This document shows, one piece after another, positions 7,136 through 9,244 of a stretch of 9,244 bases of DNA. The position numbers and the translations under genes were made by a program. The notes below the pieces were generated by a model. It saw only the letters and a program-made list of their open reading frames with translations. It ran no database searches and was not told where the DNA came from. Location of the stretch: IMG/VR virus record IMGVR_UViG_3300026184_000250, positions 1 to 9,244 of that record. One strand, 5' to 3'. The first letter of the stretch is position 1; every line of letters begins with the position of its first letter.

Positions 7136-7583
7136 AGAAACCGTTACTAAGGAAGAAGTACTAAAATTTGGAAGCGTAGCAAAGACTCTAGTGGCAAGAC
7201 ATAACGTAACTTCACCTATGAGACTAGTTATTATAGCTTCTACCGAGAATCCAGATAGCAGCCATACTGTTCTATTTGATTTTGAGGAGGAGCCTGCTCA
7301 GGAATTAGCACCGAAGCAACCTCGCAGGCCAGTCCCTATACCACCTGAGCCAAGAATAGCAGTAGTAAAAATCCCTAGAGGTGTAAATGCTAAGGCTCTG
7401 GAAGGATTCATCAATCAGCTTGCCAATACTATAAAAGGCCAGGTGTTTGTTGTACCTATAAACTTTGAAGTGCTGCTGGGCAATACTGCTAAAGAAGAGG
7501 TGGAGAAGATACATAACCAGATACACAAGATGCTTGATATAAATCCAGAATCAGATGAGCCACCAGGGATAGCTGGTAAGTAG
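7125..7583 (+). CDS. Hypothetical protein, 152 aa, two domains with a Pro-rich linker
   Basis: AGGAGG 7115-7120 precedes ATG 7125, which overlaps the upstream stop. Confidence 0.8.
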   Translation: MALKETVTKEEVLKFGSVAKTLVARHNVTSPMRLVIIASTENPDSSHTVLFDFEEEPAQELAPKQPRRPVPIPPEPRIAVVKIPRGVNAKALEGFINQLANTIKGQVFVVPINFEVLLGNTAKEEVEKIHNQIHKMLDINPESDEPPGIAGK

Positions 7584-7752
7584 CAATTTTACAAATCCAA
7601 ATTCTGCGAAGAGACATAGTTATAAAGTATCCTCACCAAAGTTGCCTGACCGTATGGGTGGTGTTCTTTCATTTAGGACATAACCATATGGGAGCAATAT
7701 CCTTAGGAATAAATCATACAAGAACAGGCTTATCAAAACATACCGAGCAAGG

Positions 7753-7766
7753 CGAACATATGTTCT
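7753..7766. promoter_or_regulatory. LexA/DinR SOS box 1
   Basis: CGAACATATGTTCT is a perfect GAAC-N4-GTTC palindrome 1 nt upstream of a -35 hexamer. Confidence 0.8.
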
Positions 7767-7767
7767 A

Positions 7768-7796
7768 TTGACAAACGGTTCTCGATATGGTATGAT
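7768..7796 (+). promoter_or_regulatory. Sigma70/sigmaA promoter
   Basis: TTGACA (7768-7773), 17-nt spacer, TGn-TATGAT (7791-7796), followed by SD AAAGGAGGT 7802-7810. Confidence 0.85.
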
Positions 7797-7815
7797 ATAC
7801 CAAAGGAGGTGTGCC

Positions 7816-7989
7816 ATGACAGGGCAGGAACTAAATACCGAGTGGTGTCGCCGAATGGACATCACAACTAAAAGCATGATACAATGCCGAGAACAGGGTG
7901 CTGTATCACAAGAGTACCTCGATGGGTTCATTGAGGCAGTTAAAACGAGCATGAACCTATTGGAGGCAATCCTCACCGAGCAGCAATAG
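7816..7989 (+). CDS. 57-aa acidic helical hypothetical protein flanked by SOS boxes
   Basis: AAAGGAGGT lies 5 nt before ATG 7816. The ORF-track start at 7768 is the TTG of the -35 hexamer. Confidence 0.75.
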   Translation: MTGQELNTEWCRRMDITTKSMIQCREQGAVSQEYLDGFIEAVKTSMNLLEAILTEQQ

Positions 7990-7996
7990 GATGATT

Positions 7997-8023
7997 AGAA
8001 CATATGTTCCGAGCAAAGGTTCT
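7997..8023. promoter_or_regulatory. LexA/DinR SOS box 2 plus an adjacent degenerate box
   Basis: AGAACATATGTTCC (7997-8010) has the same 12-bp core as box 1. CGAGC-AAAG-GTTCT (8010-8023) has one mismatch. Confidence 0.72.
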
Positions 8024-8056
8024 GTTAATTTCCTAGAACATTATGTCAACTATCCC

Positions 8057-8085
8057 TTGACAACTCAAACCGAGTATGGTACAAT
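8057..8085 (+). promoter_or_regulatory. Sigma70/sigmaA promoter
   Basis: TTGACA (8057-8062), 17-nt spacer, TGn-TACAAT (8080-8085). Confidence 0.85.
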
Positions 8086-8093
8086 CTGATTAC

Positions 8094-8163
8094 ATGATGG
8101 AATCACAGACCATCATTGGTACTGGTAAAGTGGCAACAGTACCGGCACCTTAACAATTAAATA
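8094..8163 (+). promoter_or_regulatory. Structured 5' leader: two hairpins plus a boxA-like motif
   Basis: Stems ATGATGG/CCATCAT (8094-8116) and GGTACTG/CAGTACC (8118-8143), then GCACCTTAACA (8145-8155), 9/11 identical to rrn boxA GCTCTTTAACA. Confidence 0.55.
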
Positions 8164-8180
8164 AAGAAACGGGAGGTACA

Positions 8181-8750
8181 ATGGCAAACGGAAAACAGAA
8201 GCAAGCACAAGCCGAACCACAGGATTCAGTTGCACAGGAGACAGTCACTGAGGAACAGCCATCACAAGAGCAACTCAAATCCCAACTCCAGCAGGCATTG
8301 GCTGAGAACGACTGGAAGGCCGTAACCAAGATAAGCCGCCAGATAGACCAGATAGCCAAACAACAGGAAAAGGTTGAACTGGATGCCAAGCGGCAGGCAT
8401 TGGTGGCAGTGGAGAATCTCGTAAAGGAAAGTATCATGCGAGTAATAACTCCACTTTATGACGCTGGAGAACTTGACAAGGCAGATGGTATCTGGCTATC
8501 CTGGGACTTTGGTGAGCAAGTCCCAACTGTTCGACTGACATTCAGGGCAACAAGGACACCTAAGGCAGGTGGTGGCGGTACAGGCAAGAAGTTCGATGTT
8601 AGCACCGACTCATTGCTGGAGAAGTATGGAGGTGAGATATTCGACTCTGAGACAGGCCAGACCTTCAGGGAAGCATACAACTCCAATACTGACAAGAACT
8701 TCAGGTATGGCCTAAGGACGAAGTTGCTCAAGAAGGACGGTATCATATAG
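8181..8750 (+). CDS. 189-aa protein with coiled-coil N-terminus, basic Gly-rich linker and small C-terminal domain; putative DNA-binding protein
   Basis: SD GGGAGGT, with its own promoter and terminator. Function is inferred from architecture only. Confidence 0.85.
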   Translation: MANGKQKQAQAEPQDSVAQETVTEEQPSQEQLKSQLQQALAENDWKAVTKISRQIDQIAKQQEKVELDAKRQALVAVENLVKESIMRVITPLYDAGELDKADGIWLSWDFGEQVPTVRLTFRATRTPKAGGGGTGKKFDVSTDSLLEKYGGEIFDSETGQTFREAYNSNTDKNFRYGLRTKLLKKDGII

Positions 8751-8776
8751 TACCAGACCAGAACCAATAAGAATAT

Positions 8777-8808
8777 GGACTGCAAGTTGCCAGCAGTCCT
8801 TTTCTTTT
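8777..8808 (+). terminator. Intrinsic (Rho-independent) terminator
   Basis: GGACTGC-9 nt loop-GCAGTCC followed by TTTTCTTTT, 26 nt after the stop at 8750. Confidence 0.85.
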
Positions 8809-8850
8809 GCTCAGAATAGACAAGAAGAGGCAGAAGTAAGTATAGTTACT

Positions 8851-8867
8851 TGTTGCATGATGCAACA
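8851..8867. repeat. Perfect palindrome TGTTGCAT-G-ATGCAACA, operator-like
   Basis: 8-bp arms with a 1-nt centre. The right half recurs (GATGCAACAGA) at 8904-8914. Confidence 0.6.
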
Positions 8868-8918
8868 GACCAGTCCATAATTCGGATAAGTTCAGGTGAT
8901 ACGGATGCAACAGAAAGA

Positions 8919-8948
8919 TTGACATGAGATAGGGTAGTATGATATAAT
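8919..8948 (+). promoter_or_regulatory. Sigma70/sigmaA promoter, leaderless
   Basis: TTGACA (8919-8924), 18-nt spacer, TGn-TATAAT (8943-8948). ATG 8955 is 6 nt downstream. Confidence 0.82.
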
Positions 8949-8954
8949 GGTAAT

Positions 8955-9119
8955 ATGAAAGTGAAGATATGCGACTGGGATATAGGAATTAGTAGACAGT
9001 ATGCTTATATCTACATTGGGAGTAAAAGGCCTTGGCTAGATAATAACATACAGTTTGGGCAGGATTTATTTATAGTATTCTTAGGATTTATGCTATACAT
9101 AGCAGTATCATGGAGATAA
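8955..9119 (+). CDS. 54-aa small protein with a hydrophobic C-terminus (MKVKICDWDIGISRQYAYIYIG...LFIVFLGFMLYIAVSWR)
   Basis: Below the ORF-track cutoff. The ATG sits at the expected transcription start and the stop is followed by the next SD. Confidence 0.65.
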   Translation: MKVKICDWDIGISRQYAYIYIGSKRPWLDNNIQFGQDLFIVFLGFMLYIAVSWR

Positions 9120-9144
9120 CTTATAAGGAGGAAATGGATAAAGA

Positions 9145-9244
9145 ATGAGAGTTGCTCTATCAGTTACCAAAGTATTTGAAGTAGAAGATATGACACTAAC
9201 TGAGCTGAGACGAAGGGTAGAGGCTGGTGATGAAGGGGGGATAG
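9145..9244 (+). CDS. Hypothetical protein, runs off the window edge (MRVALSVTKVFEVEDMTLTELRRRVEAG...)
   Basis: AAGGAGG at 9125-9131 upstream; the frame is open to the edge. Confidence 0.55.
   Translation, partial: MRVALSVTKVFEVEDMTLTELRRRVEAGDEGGI

Noticed and set aside
1-7583. TAG stop-codon reassignment suggested by abundant TAG/CTAG
   Set aside because: Long genes are intact in code 11, and TAG ends TerL and other genes exactly at gene boundaries.
8021-8049. Divergent minus-strand promoter from TGTCAA at 8044-8049
   Set aside because: No credible -10 hexamer at 16-18 nt spacing.
7743-8074. Mini-CRISPR array from the repeated GAACATATGTTC/CCGAG
   Set aside because: The repeats are too short and irregularly spaced, and are better explained as protein-binding sites.
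8094-8144. Known riboswitch (e.g. c-di-GMP-I) or tRNA; kissing loop with the terminator loop (TGGCAAC/GTTGCCA)
   Set aside because: Consensus features are missing, and a 7-nt complementarity can arise by chance.
7305-8925. Minus-strand ORFs 7305-7526, 7620-7976, 8150-8437, 8456-8785 and 8743-8925
   Set aside because: Antisense to well-supported plus-strand genes, promoters and the terminator, with no expression signals.

Overview
This window is a fragment of a tailed dsDNA phage or prophage (Caudoviricetes-like) with two divergent arms. The minus arm (5774 to 1) is a tightly coupled packaging/virion operon: HTH terminase-small-subunit candidate, Arg-rich peptide, BhlA-like holin candidate, an unannotated 34-aa Gly/Arg peptide, terminase large subunit, a papain-fold cysteine protease (Cys-His-Glu), a small membrane protein, a 589-aa portal and a truncated downstream gene. 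The plus arm (5894 to 9244) carries small Zn-finger proteins and hypotheticals. It then enters a compositionally distinct block (about 7590-9000) with GAAC-N4-GTTC LexA/SOS boxes, near-consensus sigma70/sigmaA promoters, a structured boxA-like leader, a 189-aa putative DNA-binding protein and an intrinsic terminator. Five extended -10 promoters are visible, three apparently leaderless. The LexA box type points to a Bacillota, Actinomycetota or Chloroflexota host (inference). No tRNA, rRNA, CRISPR array, integrase or IS was seen. Protein calls rest on motifs recognised by eye and all motif counts are manual.
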